Counted from the first letter of the whole stretch, positions 1 to 11,269 are shown. The stretch: 54,998 bases of DNA, filler included, from Catajapyx aquilonaris (GCA_000934665.2; 2 parts of 2 records of this genome joined end to end with filler, not necessarily neighbours in it), one strand, 5' to 3'. Made by a program: numbers and translations. The notes: generated by a model not told the origin, from the letters alone.

Positions 1-184
1 ACCCTATTTATGTGCAATTAATTTATATTTCGTCATTTCCATATTCTCAACTGGGAAATATCAGGGTGAGCGAATTATTCTGGGTTTGGGCAAGTATATA
101 GATTATGCTTCAAAAGATAGTGTACATCAGAACTGATTGTGGACATTTAAATATGTGAACAGAGGCTGTGAAGTGTAGGGTTCA

Positions 185-225
185 AAAACCTGGGGGGAGG
201 GGCGTGAAACTTTCTGTCCACCCTA
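185..225 (+). mobile_element. Remnant right terminal inverted repeat of a Tc1-like element (same family as 11270-11814)
   Basis: aaaacctggggg...gaaactttctgtccaccct matches aaaacctgcgggg..gaaactttccgtccaccctgta at about 11776-11814. Confidence 0.5.
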
Positions 226-278
226 TTATTATGGTGCATCGTGGAGGGTGGCGTTCGTGAGTCAAATCTCAGACAGCG

Positions 279-2063
279 ATGTCCGTTTCAACAGGTGGTA
301 CTGCTAGGCTTCCTGCAGCCTCTTTTGAGGATCTCAGTGCCAGAACAAAGCGACGGAGAACTGCTGACCTCCGATCCGCTGCAGGAGCACCTGAACTTGT
401 GCATGCTGCAGCAGCTAGTCTTCATGCAGGTGGACAGCGTCAGAGCTCGAAGCTTATGCTTGAAGTCTTCGCCGGGAGTCCAACACGACCGCAGAAGGTA
501 AAGAGAGCGTTGGAAGCGAGCAAATCAGGCGCCAACGTGGTTCGCCCTTATTCACCGGAGATGGCTTTAAACCTTATTGTGCAAGCGAAGCTCACAAAGG
601 CTCAATATTTGATTTTGCGAAGCAGTGCCCAGGGACAGAATGCAGAGGATATGTACCCTAACTATCATAAAATCGGAGATGCTAAAAGAGAGTGCTATCC
701 CCCTGAATCAGCTGTAACTGTCACAGAATCTGCAGCTGAAATTGAGCTGCAGGCACTCATGGACCTCACGGTAGCTCGTCTGGTGCAGGTGCTGGAGTCC
801 GTCCTAGAGACCATATCTCCCGACCAACTGCAAGAAGTAATTCTCGTCTCAAAATGGGGGTCAGATGGAAGCTCTGGCTTCTCTATGCACAAGCAAGTGG
901 CCAAAAATGCTGAGTTTTGCGAGAGCACTGTGTATGCCACATCAGTTGTTCCCCTTCAATTATTCACCACGGATGTGAGTGGCAAGAAAATCATAGTGTG
1001 GCAGAACCCTAGGACATCCTCTCCGCGGTATTGTCGTCCGCTGAAGTTGCAATTTGCAAAAGAAACAACGGCTCTTATTGTCAATGAAGCGAAGTTAGTG
1101 GAAGATGACATTTCCAAATTAGCCTCTTCTACAGCACTGTTGAGTTCAGGGCAACAAATCAAGGTCAGTCATGAAATGCACATGACTATGGTGGATGGCA
1201 AACTGTGCAATGCCCTGACCGGCACAAAGTCTACACAGTCGTGCTACATCTGTGGAGCTAAACCGTCCCAAATGAACAAACTGGATGACTTGGAGAAGCT
1301 ACCCGTAGATGAGAGTGCCTTGAAGTACAGATTATCGGTGCTCCATTCTTGGATCCGTACATTTGAATATTTGTTGCACATTGCATACAAGATCAAGATC
1401 AAGAGTTTGAGATGCAGAACGCAAAAAGAGAAAGAAATTGTAGAGAGCTCCAAAAAGGACATCAAGGAAAGATTCAAGAAGGAGCTAGGTTTAATTGTGG
1501 ATATGCCCAAACAAGGATTTGGATCCTCAAATGATGGCAACACGGCCAGAGCATTTTTTAGGAATTCAGAAGGGTCTTCTTCCATCACCAATGTTGACAT
1601 AGATCTCATTCAAAGATTCTGCAGCATTTTGGAGGCACTCTCTAGTGCATATGAGATCAACATAGAGGAATACAAGATTTATGCAAGGGAAACATTCCAA
1701 AAGTGCATCGACCTCTACCCTTGGTATGATATGCCTCCAAGTGTGCACCGAATACTTGTACATGGGGCATCTATTATTCAGGCCGCACCCCTCCCTATCG
1801 GGATGTTTTCAGAAGAAGCCCAGGAATCAAGGCACAAAGACCTAAAACATTTCCGGGTCTTCAACACCCGAAAGGCGTCTAGGGTGGACTGTAATACAGA
1901 CCTTCTCCATATGTGCCTGATTACATCCGACCCTCTAATTACATCCCTGAGGAAGCTACCAGCCAAAAAAATGGGCAGTTTATCAAAGGAAACTCTGCGT
2001 CTTCTGAAGGAACCACAACTTTTGACTCCACTGGAAGTGGAAGAGTCAAGTGATGAAGAATAG
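279..2063 (+). CDS. Transib transposase (RAG1-core homologue), uninterrupted 594-aa ORF
   Basis: Motifs SFEDLSARTKRRR, YPNY, KWGSDGSSG (D1), NPRTSSPRYCRP, MVDGK (D2), CYICGA, LHSWIR, NDGNTAR, HRILVHG, SEEAQES (E), TSDP; no stops or frameshifts; no introns; no TIRs found. Confidence 0.93.
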   Translation: MSVSTGGTARLPAASFEDLSARTKRRRTADLRSAAGAPELVHAAAASLHAGGQRQSSKLMLEVFAGSPTRPQKVKRALEASKSGANVVRPYSPEMALNLIVQAKLTKAQYLILRSSAQGQNAEDMYPNYHKIGDAKRECYPPESAVTVTESAAEIELQALMDLTVARLVQVLESVLETISPDQLQEVILVSKWGSDGSSGFSMHKQVAKNAEFCESTVYATSVVPLQLFTTDVSGKKIIVWQNPRTSSPRYCRPLKLQFAKETTALIVNEAKLVEDDISKLASSTALLSSGQQIKVSHEMHMTMVDGKLCNALTGTKSTQSCYICGAKPSQMNKLDDLEKLPVDESALKYRLSVLHSWIRTFEYLLHIAYKIKIKSLRCRTQKEKEIVESSKKDIKERFKKELGLIVDMPKQGFGSSNDGNTARAFFRNSEGSSSITNVDIDLIQRFCSILEALSSAYEINIEEYKIYARETFQKCIDLYPWYDMPPSVHRILVHGASIIQAAPLPIGMFSEEAQESRHKDLKHFRVFNTRKASRVDCNTDLLHMCLITSDPLITSLRKLPAKKMGSLSKETLRLLKEPQLLTPLEVEESSDEE

Positions 2064-2150
2064 GTAAATGCTACTATTCTTCACTTCCAATGGAGTCAAA
2101 AGTTGTTCCTTCAAAAATACGCAGAAGAATAGGTAGCATTTACCTATTCT
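1994..2150. repeat. Inverted duplication of the Transib CDS 3' end (nested hairpins)
   Basis: 1994-2039 is the near reverse complement of 2082-2125; 2057-2074 pairs with 2133-2150; 2054-2063 pairs with 2074-2083. Confidence 0.85.
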
Positions 2151-2705
2151 GATTTGTTTGTACATTTATAGATTTGATTTTCTGATTTGATTGTAATTAA
2201 ATTTGGATGTAATTATAAGGTCGGATGTATAATATAATTAGACACATGGAGATTTGATTTGAGATTCAGATGTGATTGCATATTGGTGTTTTTGATTCGA
2301 TATTATGATTTGATTGTACATTTATGTTTTTGATTTAAGATTACCATTTAATTTTACGATTTGATTGTGCATTGATGGATTCGATTTAATTTTTTATTTG
2401 ATTGTAATTAAATTCGGATATAATTTTATGGTCAGATGTGTATAATTAGGCACAGATGGAGATTTGATTTAAGATTCCCATTTTATTGTACAGTACATTG
2501 ATGTATTTGATTTAATATTATGATTTGATTGTAATTAAATTCGGATGTAATTAGAAGGTCGGATGTAATTAGGCACATATGGCGATTTAAATTGATACTC
2601 TGATTGTTTGTACATTGATGGATTTTATATACTCTGATTGGTGGTACATTGATGGATTTTATACTCTAATTGTTTTTACATTGATGGATTTTACTTGATA
2701 TGATG
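2151..2705. repeat. AT-rich degenerate tandem repeat array downstream of Transib
   Basis: Recurrent units gatttgattgtaattaaattcggatgtaatt and ttgtacattgatggattt; AATAAA at about 2726. Confidence 0.8.
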
Positions 2706-2915
2706 TACAGTACAGTATTTCTTTCAATAAAGAATTTATTGCTGTTTATTGCATCGCAATACAAGGAATATGTAGTATGGTGTTATTCTCCGGTAAACAG
2801 GTTGGAATGTCCGACCACTAAATGCTAAATGCACTTGTTTTGTTGCATTTAGGCTACATGAAGTACATCCATATGCTAATTCTAACCTTCTCTTAGCTCA
2901 ATTTGCACACGCCAG

Positions 2916-4065
2916 TTGTTAATTTCCAAGGAAATCAACGTTACGAATCATGTCCGCCTAAATGCGCTTCCCGGCCCACTGTGCGGCGCCTCGTCGGCGG
3001 CCAGGGGCCAACACCGTGGCCGCGGTCGCCGCAGCCGCCCTGGGTCCGCCCGTGGTGGGACGCCCCGCCCACCCGCGTCGGGTCCCGTGAGGTGCTCCAG
3101 GGACACACAGTTTCCGGCCCCCGTGTTCGCCCCGGAGGTGGACAGGGGTTCGCCGGGGGGCCACATTCACCACGTCGACCACCCCTGGCAGCCCTGGCCG
3201 CTGCGGTTCTGCCCAGGACCACCCCAGGCCGAGGTCGCTCTTCACCGCGGCCCTGCTGCTGCTGCTGCCGTTGCTGCTGCTGCCGTTGCTGCTGCTGCGG
3301 CCGCGGCTGCTGCGCCGGTGGGAGAAGATGGGGCCGCCCTGGGTGCGGCTGGAGGCGAGGGTGCGCCGGCAGTTGACGACGAAGTGGCTGCTGGTGGGGA
3401 GGCCCCCATGGAGGAGGTAGACGACGCCGAAGAGGAGGACCTGCTGCTGTAGACTTGATGCCCATTGTTACAAGCTCCCCCCCCCCCCTTTTTTTTGTTG
3501 GTGTTTTGAATTTCTTGTGTGGGCTTTTGGGGAGGTTGCAGAGCAGGCCTGGTGGGAGGCACCATTGTGGTGTATGCTCATTTAAGCCATTGTTGTGGCA
3601 GGGGGTTTCTTTGTTTTGTTTTGGGGTTTAATTTTTTTCTGGTGATGGGTTTATTGTTGTTTTATTTTTTTTAGTTTTTTGGTCGCTCTCTTTTATTTAT
3701 TTTTTATTTTTTTGGGTTGCTCGTTGTCAAGTTTCTTACGGTCGCAGGGTAGTGCCGGGGGGTGGGGTGGTCGTTCCCCCTGGTCACTGAGCTGGTGTCC
3801 GGGGTGTTTGTGGCGGGCAGTTTTGGGCTGCCCGCCCCGGTTGGTACTCCTGGTCGGCCGTCCTACTTGGGGAGCCGCTGTTGGCACCCTGGGGGTAGGA
3901 GGGCGCGGCCAGGAGGGGGGAGTAGAGAGGAGAGAGAGCGAGGGAAGAGTGGAAGAGAGAAGTGGACTGTAAGAGCTCTCGAGCAATAAAGAACGAGGAG
4001 TCTGCGGAACGGTGAGTGTTGTTGTCCTTTAGCGCATGCGAGGTCCTGAAGAGGACCGAGGTGAC
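2916..4065 (+). other. GC-rich Ala/acidic ORF (2916-3452) followed by T-rich and purine tracts and AATAAA; possible retroelement 3' end or LTR-like segment
   Basis: (GCT)n-type runs at 3255-3312, ORF ends EEVDDAEEEDLLL, purine tract 3912-3962, AATAAA at 3985; no recognisable domain. Confidence 0.3.
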
Positions 4066-4715
4066 CCAATAATCGCGAAAATGGGTTCTTTTCATGGAAC
4101 CAGGTCTTCTTGTACCCTTCACAACTCCTGACTAAGGCACTTTTCACGGACATCGATGCTACCAAACTGTCGGGCTGGTTGCGAACTATCAGGATATATG
4201 TTCAACTCAATTTCCGACATTTCATGACATAGGCTGTTTTTGTGGGGAACGCCTCAATTTTAGGAGTTCTGGAAAGTGGACTACAGTTTAAAAGGTAGAC
4301 TAGTGGTTGGAGACAGTGACATGGGCAATATATTATCTGTATAAAGTAGACCATATGTTAGAGTCAGTTATATGGCCATATCAATTATTAGTGAATGCGA
4401 AAATCCAGGTTTGAAATTATATTGCTACTTTCATTCTGTCATGGCCCTTTCACAGGGCTTTTAAAAGTAATTTAATTTGCAAGCAAAAATTAGTGACAGT
4501 TAGTCGGATTTTTACATATCTCAAAACTTGTGAAAAAATTTTATCGCTGGAAAATGTTTATTATATCTTCATTTAGGAATTAAATTCGCCTCGCATTTCT
4601 CAGACGGTATTTATTTACCCTGCTCTAGTGTGACTTGGCAATTTCAGCGTAGGCCTAAATACGGAGATGTTGAAATTTTACCATGTGGTTAAGGGGTCAA
4701 ACCGGTTATTAGACA

Positions 4716-5832
4716 ATGTTGACCGTAGTAAATGAGTACTGTGAGATACGTGACAAGAATGTTTTAAGTATAGACCTTTCAAAGAACAAGTACCTATTCT
4801 TAAGAGAGACAGCAAGGAACCACAGTCACGATCTATATCCATCTTACAAGCAGATTTTTGAAGCAAAACAAACCTGCTACCCCGACCAGAGCGCAATAAC
4901 CTGTTCGGAACTGAAGTGCGAAATCGAGGTCCAGGCCCTTCTGGACCATACCTGCAAGAGGATCTTTGAGGTAGTCCCTCCACCCAGCGATGATTCCAGC
5001 AGCTTCACACTATTTTGTAAATGGGGATTTGATGGCAGTTCTGGACACTCCCTTTACAAGCAGAAATGGGGAACAGAAAATGTTTCGGATTCTAGTCTCC
5101 TTACAACTTCAGTAGTTCCCCTTCAGTTAAGAAATGAGCATACTGGAGAAACCCAAGGCCATCCTCGACGCGGTTTTGTAGGCCAGTACGCCTGCAGTGG
5201 CTACAGGAGACGTCAGAGGTGGCCAAAGCAGAAGAGGAGTATATTGGTGGCCAAGTCATTAATTTGCGTCCATACCAACAGGGTCAACTGTAACATACCA
5301 TCTACTGTTAACAATGGTTGATGGAAAGGTGAGTAATTGTTGATTTGCTGTTCATTTATCAGCCTCGATTATTATTTAGGATTTTCTTAAAATTTACAGA
5401 TTTGTAATGCACTGTCTAAGGTGTCTTCAATGAGGTGCTACATTTGCGGGGCAACATCAGCGCAGTTAAATAATTTAGCTGAAGTAGCAGACAAACCAGA
5501 GGACATGTCTGCGTTCAGATTTGGCCCGTCCACTCTCCATGCGCACATCAGATTTCTATAATGTCTCTTGCATGTTGCTTACCGACTGGATTTCCAGAAA
5601 TGGAAGGTACGGTACATGGGGATGGCTTAGAAAGACTTGGTGTATGTCAAAAAATCTAGTTTGTTGTCACATTATTTACACTATATTTCAGCAAAGTGAA
5701 AAAGAAGGCACCAAGAAGATGGCAAAAGAAAGAAAAGAACAAATCCAGGCAGATTTTCGGACACAATTGGGAATTCTTGTCGATTATCCTAAGCAAGGTT
5801 TGGGAAACAGCAACGATGGGAATACTGCTAGG
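4716..5832 (+). pseudogene. Second, divergent Transib transposase; intron-containing, disrupted and 3'-truncated
   Basis: YPSY, KWGFDGSSG, NPRPSSTRFCRP, MVDGK | intron 5329-5399 (GT..AG) | ICNAL..CYICGA, STLHAHIR, in-frame TAA at 5559, intron 5607-5691, GNSNDGNTAR; frameshifts near 5190 and 5285. Confidence 0.88.
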
Positions 5833-6075
5833 GTATCAATATTGGATCCGCCATTTTGAATGTTGTAGTTTTAGAAATAGCTATGAAATCATCTGCCTGA
5901 AAAAACCCCAAATCCCAATTTTAGGTTCAATAGGAGCAATTTTACTCTCGGATGTCGGCCATATTGGATCCGCCATTTTGAATTTTGTATTTTTAGCGAC
6001 AGATTTGAATTCCTCGGCCATGAAAACCCCCGAGTCATTAATTTTGTCAAGAAAATACCACTTCTTAAACTTTTG
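5833..6075 (+). repeat. Interspersed non-autonomous repeat (GGATCCGCCATTTTGAA family), related to 29000-29330
   Basis: Two atattggatccgccattttgaa motifs; aatcccaattt...cgccatattggatccgccat...agatttgaattc...tgaaaaccc is collinear with 29150-29290. Confidence 0.65.
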
Positions 6076-6109
6076 ACCGGCTTTTTTCGATTTGGTCCTA
6101 CTGTGCGGC

Positions 6110-6508
6110 GGAGTGGCCAGCATGGATACAAAGGTTTGGACGGTATCGCACCGTGTCACGTTCGTGCGCCAGGCCTCAAGATGAGCAAGTGAGTGCACTA
6201 GTTTACGCCATGGGACTGAAGGGGGAGGAGATCTTGGCATCGTTCCACCTAATAGGCGACGAAGCTTACACGGTGGTCAAGGCCAAACTTGAAGCTCATT
6301 TTGTGGGACGACGGAATCGGACATACGAGAGGGCACGATTCAACAGTCGGTCGCAGGGTCCAGGTGAGAGCGTAGATGATTTTGTAACCCTCACTATCCC
6401 AGAAGCAACGGCATGGCTGAAGCAGGCGTGAAGGTGGTGAAGGCAGCCATGATGAAATCTGTAGACCCATACCTAGCTCTCCTCGCATACCGCTCCACTC
6501 CTCTAGAG
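6110..6508 (+). mobile_element. Gypsy (Mag/K02A2.6-like) remnant: gag piece joined directly to integrase core piece
   Basis: gag-like QVSALVYAMG..YERARFNSRSQGPGESVDDFVT, then at about 6390 HYPRSNGMAEAGVK..DPYLALLAYRSTPL (integrase E motif). Confidence 0.85.
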
Positions 6509-6540
6509 CAATGGTTCCCAAACTATGGGCCGCGAGGTTT
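6509..6540 (+). mobile_element. Left end of a hAT-type MITE
   Basis: ctctagag|caatggttcccaaact resembles the CAGTGGTTCCCAAAC hAT TIR at a typical NNCTAGNN target; partner TIR not found. Confidence 0.45.
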
Positions 6541-7855
6541 ACATTTTTTTGTAAACTATAAAATAATGATCTTGCGAAATGAGGAGCAAGTGCACAGTAC
6601 GTCAAAAAAAACAACTGTCAAAATCATATCTATCGGTAACTGTCTTTCGTATTTTAGAAATTATTGTAAAAAAATAATGAGCTGATTGGCGGTGGTTGTG
6701 AAACTCCGAGCCTGATGAAAATGACTCATTTAGCTGTATGCTTGGATATGGCTGCAAATTATTATTTCGACCTAAAGTACATTTACTTTTTGTTGTGGCT
6801 GTTGAGATCCTGTAATAGCCTATTGTAGTGCCTCACGATGAGGCGTAAGAGACACCACAAAATATCCCAGGAAAACACACCGGGGGAAAGGGTAAAAACC
6901 ACCACTGTGGACTCTATTCAGGACCAAAGGTACAACACATCCGTCCAGGTCCACGAGGACGATAGAACAAGAACTCTCCTTACAATTCAATCAACAACGA
7001 CAGTGTCCAGGCAACCAGGGCCACAGACAACGACCTGGTTGCCAGGACACTACACTATTCTATTGTTACAGTACAAGTCGTTAATATAAAAATGTGTTTT
7101 TTTAAACCAACAGGTGCAGTCACTCAGAACAGAATGAGCAGTTCTGTGTGATGAGAACGTAGGACAAGAATTGGGTTTCAAAGGCTACTGAATATGGATC
7201 TCTGGCTTAAAACTGGGACGCTGAAGCGTAAATCGGACAGCATTTGTGACGACGTTAATACTGGAAAGGTGCAATATGTGGGTAACAATGAGAGCAACGT
7301 TGTGTGCAATCCACATCGTGGTGAAGACTGCAATAGTTCATCAGCTCCTGTCCTCCTGTCCGAAAGTCCCTGACCCTGTCTTTGGTTTATTTTCCTCTCT
7401 CTGTGGGGTCAGTCTCTCTCTTTTCCCCATTCATCCCTTCGTGGGCCTTTTCCAGAATCCTCCCCCACCATAAAACTATCCCAAGTCCCAGCTGTGCAAA
7501 AAGACGCTACCCCACGGAGTCAACCCGTCCTTTATTGCTGGCATTCTCTTTCTCCTATTAAACCAGCACAACCTTCCAATGTCTTGGGTCCTCAAATGGC
7601 TTGAGGTACAGTATATATTGCTAAATGTTCTGCTCAAGAAGTTGCGTAAGCGAATAATATGAGTAGGCCTATGCCACTATTCGTGTTTGATAGCATGGGA
7701 ACATTCATTTCAAGAGAGGTCAATATTTGCGTATAATTACTACAATGCTGAATTGAGTACAAATCTTTACACTGTTTTCTTACACCATTAAGTGCACTCT
7801 ATTACGAACAAAGCGTGTGTAAAGGCAGCAAGACACCCACCCATCGCCCCGACAC

Positions 7856-7959
7856 ACAATGGACCCTTTTCATTCTCTCTTTTACAACACTGACTCTCCC
7901 AGCTCGCGCGAGCTGGGAGGGTCAGTGTTGTAAAAGAGAGAAAGAAAAAGATCCATTGT
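7856..7959. repeat. 104-bp near-perfect palindrome with no loop
   Basis: 52-bp arms centred on agctcgc|gcgagct (7907/7908), 4 mismatches. Confidence 0.9.
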
Positions 7960-8700
7960 TAGCCTTCCTGGAAATGCACAACAATGGACCAATGTTTGAT
8001 TTCTTGTGTGCCAGNNNNNNNNGGGGGGGGGGGGGGGTTTATCGTTTATTTTTTCCCCACTCCCTCGCGTGATTATTGGTCCATCTCTATACCTCACAAA
8101 GCGACATCGTACACCCTGTAGCTCTATGTTCAAAATAACTTGAAAATCGAAATCAGCGACCCTGAAAACATTGGGAGACATGTATTTTGCGTAGTTGGAG
8201 CTATCATTTTCGTTCGTGTTTTTTTCTGATATTGACCACTATGTGTGGCGCTGGGTGGGACACACCGACGAACCTTCAGCTTTTTTATCACAGATGCAAA
8301 TACAACTACTGTAAATGGTCCAAGAAAAATTTATTTTGGACATCATCTGTAACAATTATTTTCATGGGGAACCACAGTATGGGAATGGCGGCCTTACAAA
8401 ATCCATGCCAAATTTGATGCTTGTATCACCATTTGAACGATTTTTCTCAATTTTGCAATTATGCACAAGAGCTGTCCAGGACCTCCCTCGATGAAAAGCC
8501 CTCTCACAGGGCTGCCTCTCATGTCTGTCGCTCTCTTAAATTTGCGACACCGGCCACCTGCTTTGCTTCCTGCTTCTGGCTCATTGGGTGGGTGGCGGAA
8601 TAGCTGACTTTTTCGCGCCTTTTTCTCTTTCTTTATTCTTTTCTGGAGAGAGAGGGAGGGAGAGAGAGGGAGGAGGGGGGAGAGAGAGAGAGAGAGAGAG

Positions 8701-10697
8701 ATGGTCATTGACCCTATTCCCTCATCCAATGGTGTTTCCTCTCTTAATGAGATCGGGTCCTCAAAAAAGATCTGTTCTTCCGATGAAGGTAGCATCCAAT
8801 TTCGAGAGTTTAATGTCGAGGCTAACGCAGACAGCGTTCACATTCATCGCGATTCCGGACCAACCAACAGTGACTCGGAGCTGCGTGACGCTCTGGCAGC
8901 CTGGACAGTAAACAACAATGTGACGCATAAAGTTTGCTCCAGCCTTTTGAATGTTCTACGAATGCACGGCCTTGACAACTTGCCAAAAGATTCCAGGACG
9001 TTAAGAGGCACTCCTCGTAGTGTGAATAAAAGAAAAGTAGTGAAAATAGAACCCGGATCATACCGTCACTTTGGTCTAAAGGAGGGGCTAATGGATTGTC
9101 TGCGGTTGGTTACTAGAATTCCGGAAACGGTAGGACTATACATAGGAATTGATGGCATCCCTTTCGTTAAGAGCAACAATAGCAATTTCTGGCCAATCTT
9201 GGGTCTTCTGGATCTTCCAACGGCATCCCCGTTTGTCACTGGAATATGGCATGGGGAAAGTCACAAACCCGATTCTGTCAATGAATATCTGCGGCGGTTT
9301 GTGGACGAGATGAAGGACGTAATGGAACGTGGCGTGACTGCTCTGAATAAAACAGGTGCAATGGCAGTCCATGTTGATTTGAAGGCTTTTATATGCGACG
9401 CTCCGGCCAGAGCTTTCGTAACTGGAATTAAAGGACATAGAGGATACTCATGCTGTGGAAAATGTACGCTACCAGGGGTATACCTTCGTGAGAACAATCA
9501 TGGCATGGCATATCCATACAAAGATGCGGCGCCAAGAACGAAGGACAGCTTCCGCCGAAAAGAAGACCCAGACCACCATGTGGGGGCGTCAATCGTTGAA
9601 GAACTCCGGATTGACATGGCTAAATGTTTTCCCTTCGAGTACATGCATCTGGTATGCCTGGGCATAACTAAAAATCTGATCTTGTTATGGATGACAGGGA
9701 GAGTGACCAAAGGAAAAAAACTGCATGGAAACAGGACAGCCAAAACGTTTCCGCCTGCAAAGTTCTAAAGTTGATAGTATTTCTGCGAAATTGAAGTTCC
9801 TGCGGAAATATATTCCAGGTGACTTTTCCAGGAAGCCAAGATCACTTAGGGAAATTGCAATGTGGAAAGCCACGGAACTTCGCCAATTCCTGCTATATAC
9901 AGGCCCATTAGTTCTCAAATCTGACCTTCCGGCGGAATATTACAGCCACTTCCTCCTGCTGCACTGTGCAATAACCATCTTGATAACCCCCAACTTGTGT
10001 AACAGTGCCAATGATTACGCTAAGGGGCTTCTGAGGCATTTTGTTGCCAATTTTGAGGCCTTGTATGGGATCGAGAACATGTCATACAATGTTCATGGGC
10101 TTCTACATCTCGCCGACGATGTGACAGAATTAGGACACTTTGTCTGCAAGTGATTCTCAAAAGGAAATGCACTAAACTTGTCTATCAAAAACTTACTACA
10201 CAAAGGAAGCAGACCGCTGGAGCAATAGGCTCGTAGAGAAGAGGATCCTCGCCACCAAATTAAACCAGCCACAAATGGTGGTTACAGAGCCGCAAGATGC
10301 AATAACACTGTCGCGTCCACACGAAGCAGGGCCATTAGTTCCAGCACTTGGCAACCCGCAGTTTTCTCATGCAAATTTTGTGACATTTGCCTTGAAACTT
10401 AAGCCATCAGATAACTGCTGCCAACTTCGGGACGGAAGTGTCGTTATCGTGAAAATTTTTGCCATAAGTGAAGGAGTAAAGCATATCATTGGACACAAAG
10501 TTTCACAGCTGGATTCTTTGTACTCGTCGCCCATTACATCTGCACTTCTGGGCATTTACAAAACTGGGACATGTTCTCCGCTGAAGTCTTGGCCAGCTGG
10601 ATTAGTGGAGAGAAAATTAGTAAAACTGCCCATACATCCTACGTCGACCTCCTTTGCGGTCCTGCCAAGAAGAAGCGGATTTGGAAGAGACATGTAA
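8701..10697 (+). pseudogene. EnSpm/CACTA-like (CMC) DDE transposase, disrupted
   Basis: LPKDSRTL, IGIDGIPF..FWPILG, FICDAPARA, CGKC, YMHLVCLG, WKATELRQFLLY, YNVHGLLHL, DNCCQL; frameshift near 9720 and stops near 10151 and 10226. Confidence 0.85.
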
Positions 10698-10776
10698 GTC
10701 ATAAGCAGATCGCACTAATTCTGATGAATAATATAAAAACTTTCGTGGCCCTCATTCCAGCATCACCAGAGCCAAG

Positions 10777-11265
10777 ATGTGGACCCCAAGAGAATTTGCT
10801 GTGGCCATCCTGGGCTTTGTGGTGGGCTGGATAGCAAAACGGGCACTGACGCTGAACACCGTCCAAAAGGAGACGAGGGAGGTGGGCGTCCAGGTAGACC
10901 CGCACGAGCTGCTGCCGGACGATCCGGAGGTCGAGTTGGAGGAACCTCAGATGCCTCGGCCGGTGGCAATTGTGCTTCCAATCATGGCAAATGAACTGGA
11001 AGGAGCGGTCGGCCATGATGAGGATGAGGACCCCTGGGACGACGACACCAGCAACGTGTCCTTCGGAGAGGAGTCCTGGCCGGAGCCCCTATTCCTCCAA
11101 GACGAGTTTTGGGAGTTACACAACTACCACCTAACCAGGGAAGACGGAGGGGGAGAGCGTCATGTGCAGCAACACATGGACGGGGTTTTCAGAGGCCTGG
11201 GCGAACTGATACTCTTCGAACAGTATTGTGTCATGACAGGGTGTCCAGGGCAGCGCTACCTCTGA
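10777..11265 (+). CDS. Unknown 162-aa protein: N-terminal TM helix, LC8-like VGVQVD motif, acidic linker, C-terminal HxxxH..CxxxxC domain
   Basis: Intact intronless ORF; C-terminal 34 aa share 16 identities with the ORF at 18043-18144. Confidence 0.6.
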   Translation: MWTPREFAVAILGFVVGWIAKRALTLNTVQKETREVGVQVDPHELLPDDPEVELEEPQMPRPVAIVLPIMANELEGAVGHDEDEDPWDDDTSNVSFGEESWPEPLFLQDEFWELHNYHLTREDGGGERHVQQHMDGVFRGLGELILFEQYCVMTGCPGQRYL

Positions 11266-11269
11266 CCCA

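Noticed and set aside
2151..2705. CRISPR-like repeat-spacer array
   Set aside because: Repeats are degenerate and irregular with no unique spacers; eukaryotic context and no cas genes
4040..4100. Hammerhead ribozyme (CUGAAGA...CGAAA) of Penelope type
   Set aside because: Stem II does not close onto GAAA, and stems I/III could not be built
2063..4700. Convergent RAG2-like gene making a ProtoRAG pair
   Set aside because: No kelch or PHD-like ORF on the minus strand; the transposase lacks RAG1L RING and N-terminal domains
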